From the NCBI GenBank assembly GCA_964293155.1, contig CAXYYA010000028.1, positions 1 to 48,569 of the forward strand: 48,569 bases of DNA. Direction: 5' to 3'. Positions 35,333 through 43,364 of this stretch are shown here, one piece after another. Origin of the DNA: an uncultured Bacteroidales bacterium (GTDB lineage Bacteria; Bacteroidota; Bacteroidia; Bacteroidales; Dysgonomonadaceae). The translations under genes were made by a program, and so were the position numbers. Position 1 is the stretch's first letter, and every line of letters begins with the position of its first letter. The notes under the pieces are model-generated. The model saw only the letters and a list, made by a program, of their open reading frames with translations, searched no databases and was not told the origin of the DNA.

Positions 35333-36025
35333 TTATGTGTTTATGATAGCGTTGAAATCATCGTTGCTCAATAATTGAGGTTGATATGCAATACCGTTGA
35401 ATTTGAGATTTGCGACAAAGGCTTTCAAATGAAACTGTGAAGCACGGAGTAGATTACCGTAAATTCTTTTGATAAACGGGTTTTCTGTTTCGGCTATTTC
35501 TCTTTGAAGATCAATAATATCGTGTTCTTCGATAAAAGCGCCGGCTTTGTAAGCATCTACAACTGTAAGGGCTTCGGTTGTAAGCTTTGTGTATAAATTT
35601 TGCAATTCTTCGATGTTAAATACCCCCGGTACCGTTTCGGCGGGAGTCTCAATTTTGTAGAGATTAATAAGCCAGGCGATAGCTTTTCCGTGTGCTATCT
35701 CGCTTTTGGAGATGTTGCTGAACACGGGTCTGGCGAATTTTTCGTTAAAATACACATACACATTATTGGCTAATTTTTCTTCTTCGCGCATGTACAGGAT
35801 GCTGTTTATTTCACTTTCGGTGAGTGGCGCGAGTTGCGTATTTGTCAACAAACAAAGCGAATCGGTGGTTGCAGCCAGTGTTGCATCAAGTCGCGTAGTT
35901 GAAACTGCGTTTATCAATGCGGCTTGTTCGGCATTTTCTTCCGGTGAATTTACGCTGTTCGCTTCACAACCGAAAAGCAAAATTGCAAGAAATGCCACGA
36001 CGGAAATTTTTTGATAAGTTTTCAT
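35333..36025 (-). CDS. Secreted ferritin-like DUF2202-type protein (copy 1)
   Basis: 230 aa with lipoprotein-like signal LLFGCE. Motifs MREEEKLANNVY, SKSEIAHGKA and FIEEHDIIDL ... ASQFHLKAF. Paralog of the next gene, 4 nt apart. Confidence 0.6.
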   Translation of the reverse strand: MKTYQKISVVAFLAILLFGCEANSVNSPEENAEQAALINAVSTTRLDATLAATTDSLCLLTNTQLAPLTESEINSILYMREEEKLANNVYVYFNEKFARPVFSNISKSEIAHGKAIAWLINLYKIETPAETVPGVFNIEELQNLYTKLTTEALTVVDAYKAGAFIEEHDIIDLQREIAETENPFIKRIYGNLLRASQFHLKAFVANLKFNGIAYQPQLLSNDDFNAIINT

Positions 36026-36077
36026 AATGAAAAAGTTGGTTTACTGTGATTAAGTTAATGAGATAAGCGTTTTGTAA

Positions 36078-36108
36078 GAAAAAATGGGGAGCGAATCCCC
36101 ATTTTTTT
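36078..36108 (-). terminator. Bidirectional intrinsic terminator after the Gly/Arg repeat protein gene
   Basis: ATGGGGA-GCGAA-TCCCCAT flanked by A7 and T7, 16 nt after stop codon 36124. Confidence 0.8.
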
Positions 36109-36123
36109 GTGGTTGGTGCGTGG

Positions 36124-36687
36124 TTATTTTGTGGTTTCCCTACGGTCGCAAATACCGTTTTTATTGGCGTCCACAAAATTTACCGCACTGCCTTTTCCAT
36201 TCCGAAGGCCGGTGCCTTTCCCTGTACCGCGTCCCTGGCGCGGTGTTCCGTTTTCGAAGTTGTCACAAATGCCGTCTTTGTCGGCATCTACGAAATTTGC
36301 TCCACCACCTCTGCCGTTACGCAGTCCGTTGCCATAGCCTTGTCCGCGTCCTCCACGGGGAGTTCCGTTTTCGAAATTGTCGCACACGCCATCTTTATCG
36401 GCATCCACAAAGAAGCGTCCTTGTCCTCTGCCGTTGCGTAATCCCTGGCCTTTGCCTTGTCCGCGGCCGCTACCGTCGAGCAGTCGTTGTTTGCCGTTGG
36501 CATTCGGATTTCCGGGTGTTCCGTTCTCGAAATTATCGCAAACGCCGTTGTTGTTTTTGTCCACAAATGCAGGTCCGGTTTGAGCGGTTTTCGCCGTTTC
36601 CTTTGCTGCCTGATTTTGATTTTGGGCGGTTGCTAATCCTATGGTGGCAACCAGCGCCATTGCAGTGATAAATACTTTTGTTTTCAT
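36124..36687 (-). CDS. Secreted repeat protein with four FVDxDKDG(V/I)CDNFENGTP modules separated by Gly/Arg-rich linkers
   Basis: 187 aa with a signal peptide ending ATAQ. The modules carry a DxDxDG calcium-loop-like motif and one Cys each. Linkers are of the type GRGQGYGNGLRNGRGGG. Repeats 2 and 3 are 39 aa each. Confidence 0.7.
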   Translation of the reverse strand: MKTKVFITAMALVATIGLATAQNQNQAAKETAKTAQTGPAFVDKNNNGVCDNFENGTPGNPNANGKQRLLDGSGRGQGKGQGLRNGRGQGRFFVDADKDGVCDNFENGTPRGGRGQGYGNGLRNGRGGGANFVDADKDGICDNFENGTPRQGRGTGKGTGLRNGKGSAVNFVDANKNGICDRRETTK

Positions 36688-36717
36688 AATAATCTTATTT
36701 TTAATTGTTTATTTAAT

Positions 36718-37293
36718 TTATCTGGTTTCGTTCCAATCGCGTCCGTAGCGATGCCGGTATCCGCGTCCCATACCGAGACTGTCGGTTCGGTTATATCCGT
36801 ATCCGTACCCGCGACGGGCATTCACCGTTTCATCGCGATACAACGGTAGGAATGCTCTTTCTAATTGAGCGCACTGCGCGTCGTTGCACGCCGATTTTAT
36901 CTTCAGGTAGAAATCGTTTGTAAGCTTTTTCAGTTCTGCGTGATGATTTCCGATGTGATCCGATAACGCATTTAATTTTGTTTCGTCGGGTTTCGGTTTG
37001 TTCAACTCCATGAACATTTCGTTTTTCAGCGAATCCATTTCGTAAATCAGCAGGTTGGCACGGGGTTGAAATTCCCGGTTCGCTGCGCGAAAAACATCCA
37101 TCTGATCATTGTCGAATCCCAGCCTTTGCCGAAAATACCTTCCGGTGAGCGGGGGCTGGCCTTCGTCAATAACAATTGCTGTGTTATCGTCTTTTTCCTG
37201 CTGATTGTGATAGACGATAGTTCCGATGGTTGTCAGGTTCAGCACCACAAGCAGTGCAATTACCCACATCATTATTTTATTCGTCTTATTCAT
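36718..37293 (-). CDS. Membrane-anchored periplasmic Spy/CpxP/ZraP-like protein (heavy-metal-sensor type), tentative
   Basis: 191 aa with an N-terminal TM anchor (IMMWVIALLVVLNLTTIGTIVY) and a helical periplasmic part. Occupies the usual position after an ECF sigma/anti-sigma pair. Overlaps the anti-sigma stop by 8 nt. Confidence 0.5.
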   Translation of the reverse strand: MNKTNKIMMWVIALLVVLNLTTIGTIVYHNQQEKDDNTAIVIDEGQPPLTGRYFRQRLGFDNDQMDVFRAANREFQPRANLLIYEMDSLKNEMFMELNKPKPDETKLNALSDHIGNHHAELKKLTNDFYLKIKSACNDAQCAQLERAFLPLYRDETVNARRGYGYGYNRTDSLGMGRGYRHRYGRDWNETR

Positions 37294-37579
37294 AATCGTC
37301 GAAATTATAATAGCCTAAATTCTCGATCTGACTGTCGTTTATGTTCATCGTAAACTCGTGAGAAACGCTTTTCTGGTAACTGTTACCGATGCTTACGCCT
37401 AAAAATGCAACGGCAGCAAGGCTGGCAGCCACAACCACAGTTTGCCAAACGGGCGTTCTGCGACGCTCCGGTTGTTGCCTTTTTTCGATTTCGGCCATCA
37501 CCCGCGTACTCAGGAACGGATTATGTTCCGTTTGCTTTTCGCGTTTGATGAAATCGTCTATGTACTGTTCCGTTTTCAT
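37286..37579 (-). CDS. Small single-pass anti-sigma factor (regulon 2)
   Basis: 97 aa with one TM helix (WQTVVVAASLAAVAFLGVSIG). Lies immediately downstream of the ECF sigma gene. Confidence 0.6.
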   Translation of the reverse strand: MKTEQYIDDFIKREKQTEHNPFLSTRVMAEIEKRQQPERRRTPVWQTVVVAASLAAVAFLGVSIGNSYQKSVSHEFTMNINDSQIENLGYYNFDDYE

Positions 37580-37596
37580 TTTTTGTTCGTTTTATA

Positions 37597-37626
37597 GGTT
37601 AGACATTTGTATTGATTATTTCCTAC
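37597..37626 (-). promoter_or_regulatory. ECF-type promoter motif, regulon 2, internal site (GTAGGAAA-N13-TGTCTAA)
   Basis: The minus strand reads GTAGGAAATAATCAATACAAATGTCTAACC. The -35-like block overlaps the last codons and stop of the sigma gene. The -10-like block is 20 nt before the anti-sigma ATG 37579. Confidence 0.6.
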
Positions 37627-38161
37627 GGTCATATTCTAATTTTTTTTGCAGAGTGCTTTTTGCACGTTGTAAAAGTTGTTCCACAGCGCCTTCCGATTTT
37701 TTCATGACGGCGGCAATTTCTTTCTGCGGTAATTCTTCGTATTTACTCAGGATGAAAGCTGTTCGTTGCGAATCGGGCAGGGAATTGATGGCGTTTTTTA
37801 TCCGCTTGTCCCGTTCCGATTGTTCCAATCGTTCCAACGGCGTCTTTTCCTCACTCTGTTTGTGAAAGATGTTTTCCAACGATTCCACCACGCGGTTCTT
37901 CTTTTTTCGATTCACAAAATTGATACTCGCGTTTACGGTAATCCGGTACAGCCATGTAACAAATTGGGCTTCGCCCTTGAAATCGGGCAACGATTGATAT
38001 ATTTTAATGAAAACTTCCTGCGTGATATCTTCCGCATCTGCTTTGGAGTGCACAAAACCCAACGTCGTTCGGAACACCATACCCTGGTATTTCTCCATAA
38101 GTTCTTTAAAGACAATGGTGTTACCTGAAATTATTTCTTGTATGAGTTGCTCGTCCGACAT
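37616..38161 (-). CDS. ECF-type RNA polymerase sigma factor (regulon 2)
   Basis: 181 aa. Region 2 EDITQEVFIKIYQ. Region 4 LPDSQRTAFILSKYEELPQKEIAAVMKKSEGAVEQLLQRA. Confidence 0.9.
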   Translation of the reverse strand: MSDEQLIQEIISGNTIVFKELMEKYQGMVFRTTLGFVHSKADAEDITQEVFIKIYQSLPDFKGEAQFVTWLYRITVNASINFVNRKKKNRVVESLENIFHKQSEEKTPLERLEQSERDKRIKNAINSLPDSQRTAFILSKYEELPQKEIAAVMKKSEGAVEQLLQRAKSTLQKKLEYDRRK

Positions 38162-38183
38162 GTGCAGCAGTTCTTTTTCGTTT

Positions 38184-38213
38184 GTTTAGACAACGAAGAC
38201 CGGTTTTTCCTAC
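38184..38213 (-). promoter_or_regulatory. ECF-type promoter motif, regulon 2, autoregulatory site (GTAGGAAA-N13-TGTCTAA)
   Basis: The minus strand reads GTAGGAAAAACCGGTCTTCGTTGTCTAAAC. Blocks and spacing are identical to 37597..37626. The -10-like block is 25 nt before ATG 38161. Confidence 0.6.
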
Positions 38214-38251
38214 GGTTGGTGATAATTTAACATTGCAATTTCGTTAAAAAA

Positions 38252-38282
38252 TTTGGAACTAAAAAAAGTTTTTTTATTTTTG
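38252..38282 (+). promoter_or_regulatory. Primary-sigma promoter for the fimbrillin-like gene (-33 TTTG, 19 nt spacer, -7 TAttTTTG)
   Basis: TTTG at 38252..38255 and TATTTTTG at 38275..38282, with consensus spacing. Divergent from the ECF sigma gene. Confidence 0.6.
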
Positions 38283-38392
38283 CAAAAGATAATGTTCTAT
38301 CGAACAACCGATATCATGATGTGTTAGTTTCTCTTTCGACTGCCGTCTCAGGCAGGTATTTTTTTAGCGCTACTGATTTAAACCAACCAGCT

Positions 38393-39664
38393 ATGAAAAC
38401 GAATTTTTTTATTTTTGGCATAATATCCCTTATGCTTGTATCCTGTTATCAGGAATATCCTGCACATTTTAGGCAGTATATTGATGTGAATGCTTCCATT
38501 GATGGGCTGAAAACCCGCGCCACAAATGCCTCATGGGAAGCGAATGATGCCATCGGAATTTATATGAAAATCAGTGGAGAGGGTTTGTCTGTACCAGCTT
38601 TGGCTGAAAATTCGAAATATATTACCGACGGAACGTCCGCTTTTCAGTCTGCTACGGCCGATGGAGCTATCAGCTTTCCGCTCGACGGCACTGATGTGGA
38701 TTTCATCGCGTATTATCCACATCAAACAACAATCACGGACTTAACGTATCCGGTAAATGTTTCCGATCAAAGCAGCCTGCCGGCTATTGACTTGTTGTAT
38801 TCAAACAATGCCGCGGGGCTAAATTCTCAAAATCCGGATGTTGGGCTGACTTTCGTTCACCAATTATCGAAGATAAACGTGCTAATTATGCCCGAAGATG
38901 CAACGTCTGATTTAAGCGGTTTAACCGTAACGATGACCGGTGTGGGAACCTCCGCAACATTTTCATTAGCCGACGGAACGCTTTCGGCGCCCGCTATCAC
39001 GGGTAATGTCGCATTCAATATGAGTTCCGACGGACGCACTGCTCAGGCTATTCTATTGCCGATGGCCGATTTCACGGGTAAATCGCTTATTATCGCTTTT
39101 GGATCCAATTCTTACGAATTCCCGTTGACTCAAGGGGTAAATATCACTTCTTTCGAAAAAGCAACGCAATACACGTATAACGTTACGCTTTCATCGCAAG
39201 CACTGTCGGTTTCCAACGCAACCATCACCGATTGGGTTACCGGCCCGTCGGAAAATGTGATCATCGGAAGCGTCGGAACGGCGCCTGTAACCGGCGGAAC
39301 ACTCGATGATCCGTTTACTATTGAGGAGGCAATTGCCAATCAGGGGTTGATGGATAGATGGGTAAGAGGGTTTATTGTGGGTTACTATAAAACGACTTCC
39401 TATAAATCATTTACCACAAGTGTAGATGATGTGACGAGCACCACCAACATTGCTTTAGCAACAGTTAGCACAGAGACCGATTCAACCAAAACGTTTCCTG
39501 TACAATTGTCTGCTACCCAAATCAGAGATACACTCAATCTGCTGGATCATCCTGAAAATTTGGGCAGAGAAGTTCTGGTACGAGGAGATTTGGCAACTTA
39601 TCAATACATTGCCGGAATGAAGGCGGCTGATGGAGCAGTAATTAACGGAGATACCATTCCCTAA
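38393..39664 (+). CDS. Fimbrillin-family (Mfa/FimA-like) lipoprotein with an additional C-terminal domain
   Basis: ATG 38393 gives MKTNFFIFGIISLMLVSCYQ (lipobox). Fimbrillin-like blocks SWEANDAIGIYM and DFIAYYPH. The C-terminal ~130 aa (DPFTIEEAIANQG ... VLVRGDLATYQ) look like a separate OB-like module. The track start 38321 is unlikely. Confidence 0.6.
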   Translation: MKTNFFIFGIISLMLVSCYQEYPAHFRQYIDVNASIDGLKTRATNASWEANDAIGIYMKISGEGLSVPALAENSKYITDGTSAFQSATADGAISFPLDGTDVDFIAYYPHQTTITDLTYPVNVSDQSSLPAIDLLYSNNAAGLNSQNPDVGLTFVHQLSKINVLIMPEDATSDLSGLTVTMTGVGTSATFSLADGTLSAPAITGNVAFNMSSDGRTAQAILLPMADFTGKSLIIAFGSNSYEFPLTQGVNITSFEKATQYTYNVTLSSQALSVSNATITDWVTGPSENVIIGSVGTAPVTGGTLDDPFTIEEAIANQGLMDRWVRGFIVGYYKTTSYKSFTTSVDDVTSTTNIALATVSTETDSTKTFPVQLSATQIRDTLNLLDHPENLGREVLVRGDLATYQYIAGMKAADGAVINGDTIP

Positions 39665-40782
39665 TTTACGTGATACCCCTGGCTATGCATTTCCGATGCA
39701 CGAAAGAGGGTGTATTTTTCCTCGTTTAGCGGATAATCCCAGCAACCGAGGCTGTGATAGATTTCGCCGCCGAAACCCGATTTGAATTTATACAACCCGT
39801 ACATCGGGTGTTCGGGATCGGGCGTGGGCGATATGCCGAACATATCATACTGGGTGCAGCCTGCGGCTTTCGATAGCCGGATGGCTTCCCACTGCAACGC
39901 GTATGCAGCCATCAGGTTCCGGTTTTCCGACGAAGAGGCGCCATACAAATACGAACCCCTGTTTCCCGAAATTACCAGAAACATGGCTGCGAGCGGTTTT
40001 TGGTTATATTCCGCAATCAAAAGACGCACACGCGCCGGTGAACGTGTATTATCGGCTTTTGCCGAAAGCACGGCTTCAAAGTATTTTATATCGTTTAGCA
40101 GGATACCGTTTCGTGCCGCCGTCTCTTTGTAGAGTTCATACCACGTGGAAATTTCCTCCATCCCTGCCGATTTTACGGTTGCGCCGCGACGTTGTGCCAG
40201 ACGGATGTTGTAGCGGGTTTTCGGTTTCATGCGTTGCAGGATGCTTTCTTCGTCTTGTCTTAGGTTCAGATAAACGGTACTTGCCGGAAGTATGTTGGAA
40301 AGCGCTTTTTTGAAATTCCAGTTTTCCGTATTGAAATTGAACCGGAATTCTTGTGTGCGTAATTCCGGTTCGCCTTTCCATAAGCCGTTTTCATCAAAAT
40401 TATCGGCTTCTTTTGTCCAGTATGATTCCCAACAAAGATCATAGCGAATGAGGATGCAGTTATTCGGTAAATACGGGCGAATGCTTTCCGATAATTCTTC
40501 CAGAAAAAGGCTTTGAAATTCATCGGATGGTTCCAGTTCAGGGCCGTAAGGCACATACGCCACAGAATGATTCCTGTCGATTTGTTGCAGGACGATCAGC
40601 AGGTCTGAAACCAGCAATTTATCGCTCCTGGAATGAAAAATATCCGACTCCCTCGATTTAAACCCGACAGCAAGCGTTTCGGCGCCCAGCTTGTTCTTTA
40701 CTTCCGACCAAAATGCCGTCTGTTGCAGAATGGGCGTTTTGTTCAGTTCGTCCGTGTCTTTTTTCCGAATATCTAACAGCAT
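39661..40782 (-). CDS. FemAB-family (aminoacyl-tRNA-dependent peptidyltransferase fold, GNAT-like) protein
   Basis: 373 aa. The C-terminal half has NRGSYLYGASSSENRNLMAAYALQWEAIRLSKAAGCTQYDMFGI, typical of FemAB/FemX-like proteins. Confidence 0.65.
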   Translation of the reverse strand: MLLDIRKKDTDELNKTPILQQTAFWSEVKNKLGAETLAVGFKSRESDIFHSRSDKLLVSDLLIVLQQIDRNHSVAYVPYGPELEPSDEFQSLFLEELSESIRPYLPNNCILIRYDLCWESYWTKEADNFDENGLWKGEPELRTQEFRFNFNTENWNFKKALSNILPASTVYLNLRQDEESILQRMKPKTRYNIRLAQRRGATVKSAGMEEISTWYELYKETAARNGILLNDIKYFEAVLSAKADNTRSPARVRLLIAEYNQKPLAAMFLVISGNRGSYLYGASSSENRNLMAAYALQWEAIRLSKAAGCTQYDMFGISPTPDPEHPMYGLYKFKSGFGGEIYHSLGCWDYPLNEEKYTLFRASEMHSQGYHVN

Positions 40783-40804
40783 GATTATTTTTATTTTACG
40801 GGTG

Positions 40805-40835
40805 CAAAGGTAGGCATTATTTCCATGTAAACAAA
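40805..40835 (-). promoter_or_regulatory. Primary-sigma promoter for the FemAB-like gene (-33 TTTG, 19 nt spacer, -7 TAccTTTG)
   Basis: The minus strand reads TTTG-TTTACATGGAAATAATGCC-TACCTTTG, 23 nt before ATG 40782. Confidence 0.6.
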
Positions 40836-40861
40836 ACGGCGCAAACCCGAAAATTTGCGCC
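40829..40861 (-). terminator. Intrinsic terminator after the TonB-dependent receptor gene
   Basis: GGCGCAAA-loop-TTTGCGCC, an 8-bp stem, followed on the minus strand by GTTTTGTTT. Confidence 0.7.
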
Positions 40862-40872
40862 GAAAGCTTTTC

Positions 40873-43191
40873 CTATATTGTGAATTTTAACCCGGTAAAG
40901 AACGTGCGCGGTAAAGACGGGCCGTACATGTAGCCGGCGTCGCGAAGCGCTCCCTGATCAAAATCCTGCTGAAAGCTATTGAAAAGGTTCTGTATACCTG
41001 CGTTAAGTTGCACAAAAGTGCTAGTCGTTAAGCGAAAATCTTTTGCTACTTTAACAGTAAGGTCGAAAAAATCCGGTGTTCGCACCGCGACATCTTCCGG
41101 CACATACCCGGCAAAGTGTTGTACCCACATAGGTCCTGTATATACGCCTGAAACTGAAATGTTGAACGTTTCAACCGGTAATATATTGGCAGTAAGGTAG
41201 CCATAAACATCTGGTGTGCGAAACATATTTCGTTTCGGTACCACATCGGGATTGTTGCTCCACGATTCAGCTTCGTCATACAAACTCTCTTGAACTGTTG
41301 CGCCCAACTGAAGTTGAAATTTACGGCTTGGAGCTATTTTTCCTTCCATGTTTAGGCCTTTAACCACTGCCCCTGATCCGTTTCTCCTTTCCTGTAATAA
41401 ATTTCCTTGCTCATCTCTTCCGATCTCTTCCAGCAGAAACACGTCTTTCAGGTGCGTATAAAACCCTTCGATCAGCAGGTTGGCTTGCACAACGCCGAAT
41501 GTTCTGTAGATATCGGCCGATATACTGAAAGTTTGTGACCGCTCGGGTTTGAGATCAGGAGAGAGCTGAATGATGCATACCTCTCCGCCTACGGCGGTAA
41601 TGTGCAAGTCTTCATCGAAAGCCTGCGGAGCCCGAAAACCAGTGGAATATCCGCCGCGAAACACGATAAACGGGTTAGGAGTATAACGCACGTTTATCCT
41701 CGGACTAAAAATAGCATCCTGTATCAGGTTGTGCTTATCTAAGCGGGCGCCTAGTAAGATACTCCATTGCTCGTTTTTCCATTCGTTCTGGGCAAAAACA
41801 CTCTGTATATTCACCGATTGATCCAGAATGCGGTTATATCCGAGCATTTGGTCGTGCATTACGTTATAATTCATTTCCAATCCAGCGGTGATTATTGAAG
41901 GCATAAACAGAAAACGATCCGCACTGTAGTTGTATTGCATGCCGCCCATCATGCTTTTATCGTTTGTTGTTCCGTAAGCATTCGGGTCTTTCTGCGCGCC
42001 GTAGTAACTTTGTCTGTCTATAAATTGCCCTGAGAGATACAGGTTTACCTTGTGTTTGTAATCGCGCGACAACACGTTATAGTTTATGTTTGCGGAGTGA
42101 ATGTTATGTTCCGCTTGTTCGGTGATATCGGTTTCGTGTGGTGGTTTATGGAGCAGATTACCGCCACGACGGAATTCGTTGATAAAATGATATTCGGCTT
42201 TGAGTTTATGATAGTTGTTGAAATTATAAAACCCGCGAAGCCCGATATTGCTGCTATTCAATTTGCCAATTTCGGTAAATCCGTCGCCGTCGTAATCCAG
42301 CGCAGCGCGCTGGCGTGAGGAGCCGAAGATCATCATGCCCGTTTTTAAATTGCCGTTTACCAGTGAGGTGTGAAAGGAGAGGTTGTTGTCCGGTGATTTT
42401 CCGTTGATAATATTTGTAACATTGTTAATAGATAATGAGTTGGCTTTGGGCTCTTTTGTTATGATATTTATAGTCCCCGCTATAGCGTTAGAGCCGAACA
42501 AAGCCGATCCGCCGCCGCGTACAACTTCAACACGCTCAATCATATTGGCGGGAATCTGCTCGATGCCGTACACGCCGGCCAATGCGCTAAAGATAGGACG
42601 GCTGTCAATAAGGATTTGTGAATATGGACCGTCTAGTCCGTTGATGCGAACCTGCTGAAATCCGCAATTCTGACAGTTGCTTTCTACACGTAATCCCGGC
42701 TGAAAGTTCAATCCCTGCGCCAGCGTTACGGAATTGGTGTTTTCCATAAGCAACGGAGTGATAACGTTTACTATCGTGGGCGCTTCTCTGCGTTTAGTTT
42801 CTGTGCGGTTGGCAGATACAACTACCGTTTCAAGTATTATCTCGTCGTCATCTACTTCGAAATTTACTTCAATGGTTTCACTCTCCTGTAAAGTAACAGA
42901 TTTTTCTACCGGCTTATATCCTATACCGGAGACCATTAGCGTGAAATTTCCTTCGGGCAGGTTTTTTAGGTAATAATGTCCCGATGCGTCGGTTGAAGTG
43001 CCGAAGTGGGTTCCTTTTAAAGATACAGTTACAAAGGGAATATGTTCCTTTGTGGATTTATTGAGCACGTGTCCAATAATATTGGCATCGCTACTTCTTT
43101 GTCGATTACGATGCTGATGTCTGTTTTGTTGTGGAAATACAGCGGTTGTTATGCTGAACAAGATGCACAGCACTATAATAATTTTTTTCAT
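40873..43191 (-). CDS. TonB-dependent outer-membrane receptor with a carboxypeptidase-regulatory-like N-domain
   Basis: 772 aa with a signal peptide, then His/Arg/Gln-rich QQNRHQHRNRQRSS. CarbopepD_reg-like block GHVLNKSTKEHIPFVTVSLKG...GHYYLKNLPEGNFTLMVSGIGYKP. Plug and barrel follow. Confidence 0.9.
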   Translation of the reverse strand: MKKIIIVLCILFSITTAVFPQQNRHQHRNRQRSSDANIIGHVLNKSTKEHIPFVTVSLKGTHFGTSTDASGHYYLKNLPEGNFTLMVSGIGYKPVEKSVTLQESETIEVNFEVDDDEIILETVVVSANRTETKRREAPTIVNVITPLLMENTNSVTLAQGLNFQPGLRVESNCQNCGFQQVRINGLDGPYSQILIDSRPIFSALAGVYGIEQIPANMIERVEVVRGGGSALFGSNAIAGTINIITKEPKANSLSINNVTNIINGKSPDNNLSFHTSLVNGNLKTGMMIFGSSRQRAALDYDGDGFTEIGKLNSSNIGLRGFYNFNNYHKLKAEYHFINEFRRGGNLLHKPPHETDITEQAEHNIHSANINYNVLSRDYKHKVNLYLSGQFIDRQSYYGAQKDPNAYGTTNDKSMMGGMQYNYSADRFLFMPSIITAGLEMNYNVMHDQMLGYNRILDQSVNIQSVFAQNEWKNEQWSILLGARLDKHNLIQDAIFSPRINVRYTPNPFIVFRGGYSTGFRAPQAFDEDLHITAVGGEVCIIQLSPDLKPERSQTFSISADIYRTFGVVQANLLIEGFYTHLKDVFLLEEIGRDEQGNLLQERRNGSGAVVKGLNMEGKIAPSRKFQLQLGATVQESLYDEAESWSNNPDVVPKRNMFRTPDVYGYLTANILPVETFNISVSGVYTGPMWVQHFAGYVPEDVAVRTPDFFDLTVKVAKDFRLTTSTFVQLNAGIQNLFNSFQQDFDQGALRDAGYMYGPSLPRTFFTGLKFTI

Positions 43192-43364
43192 TTTTATTTG
43201 TTGTCAATTATACGATTAATGAGAGTGCATCAAAAGCAAGACTATCGCTTTAAATTGTTATAGCAACGTGAAAACCATATTCACTTCGCGAACGAGCAAA
43301 TAGTGATACGATAACAGTTTTTCACTTCTGGCAGTCTCTGTGAATTATGTGCGAAAAAATCCGC

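Noticed and set aside
36084-36668. Several long plus-strand ORFs (194, 110, 76 and 68 aa) rich in Cys, Arg and Pro, opposite the repeat-protein gene
   Set aside because: The open frames result from the GC-rich, repetitive codon structure. Only the minus frame has a signal peptide and a coherent four-module repeat, and it fits the operon spacing.
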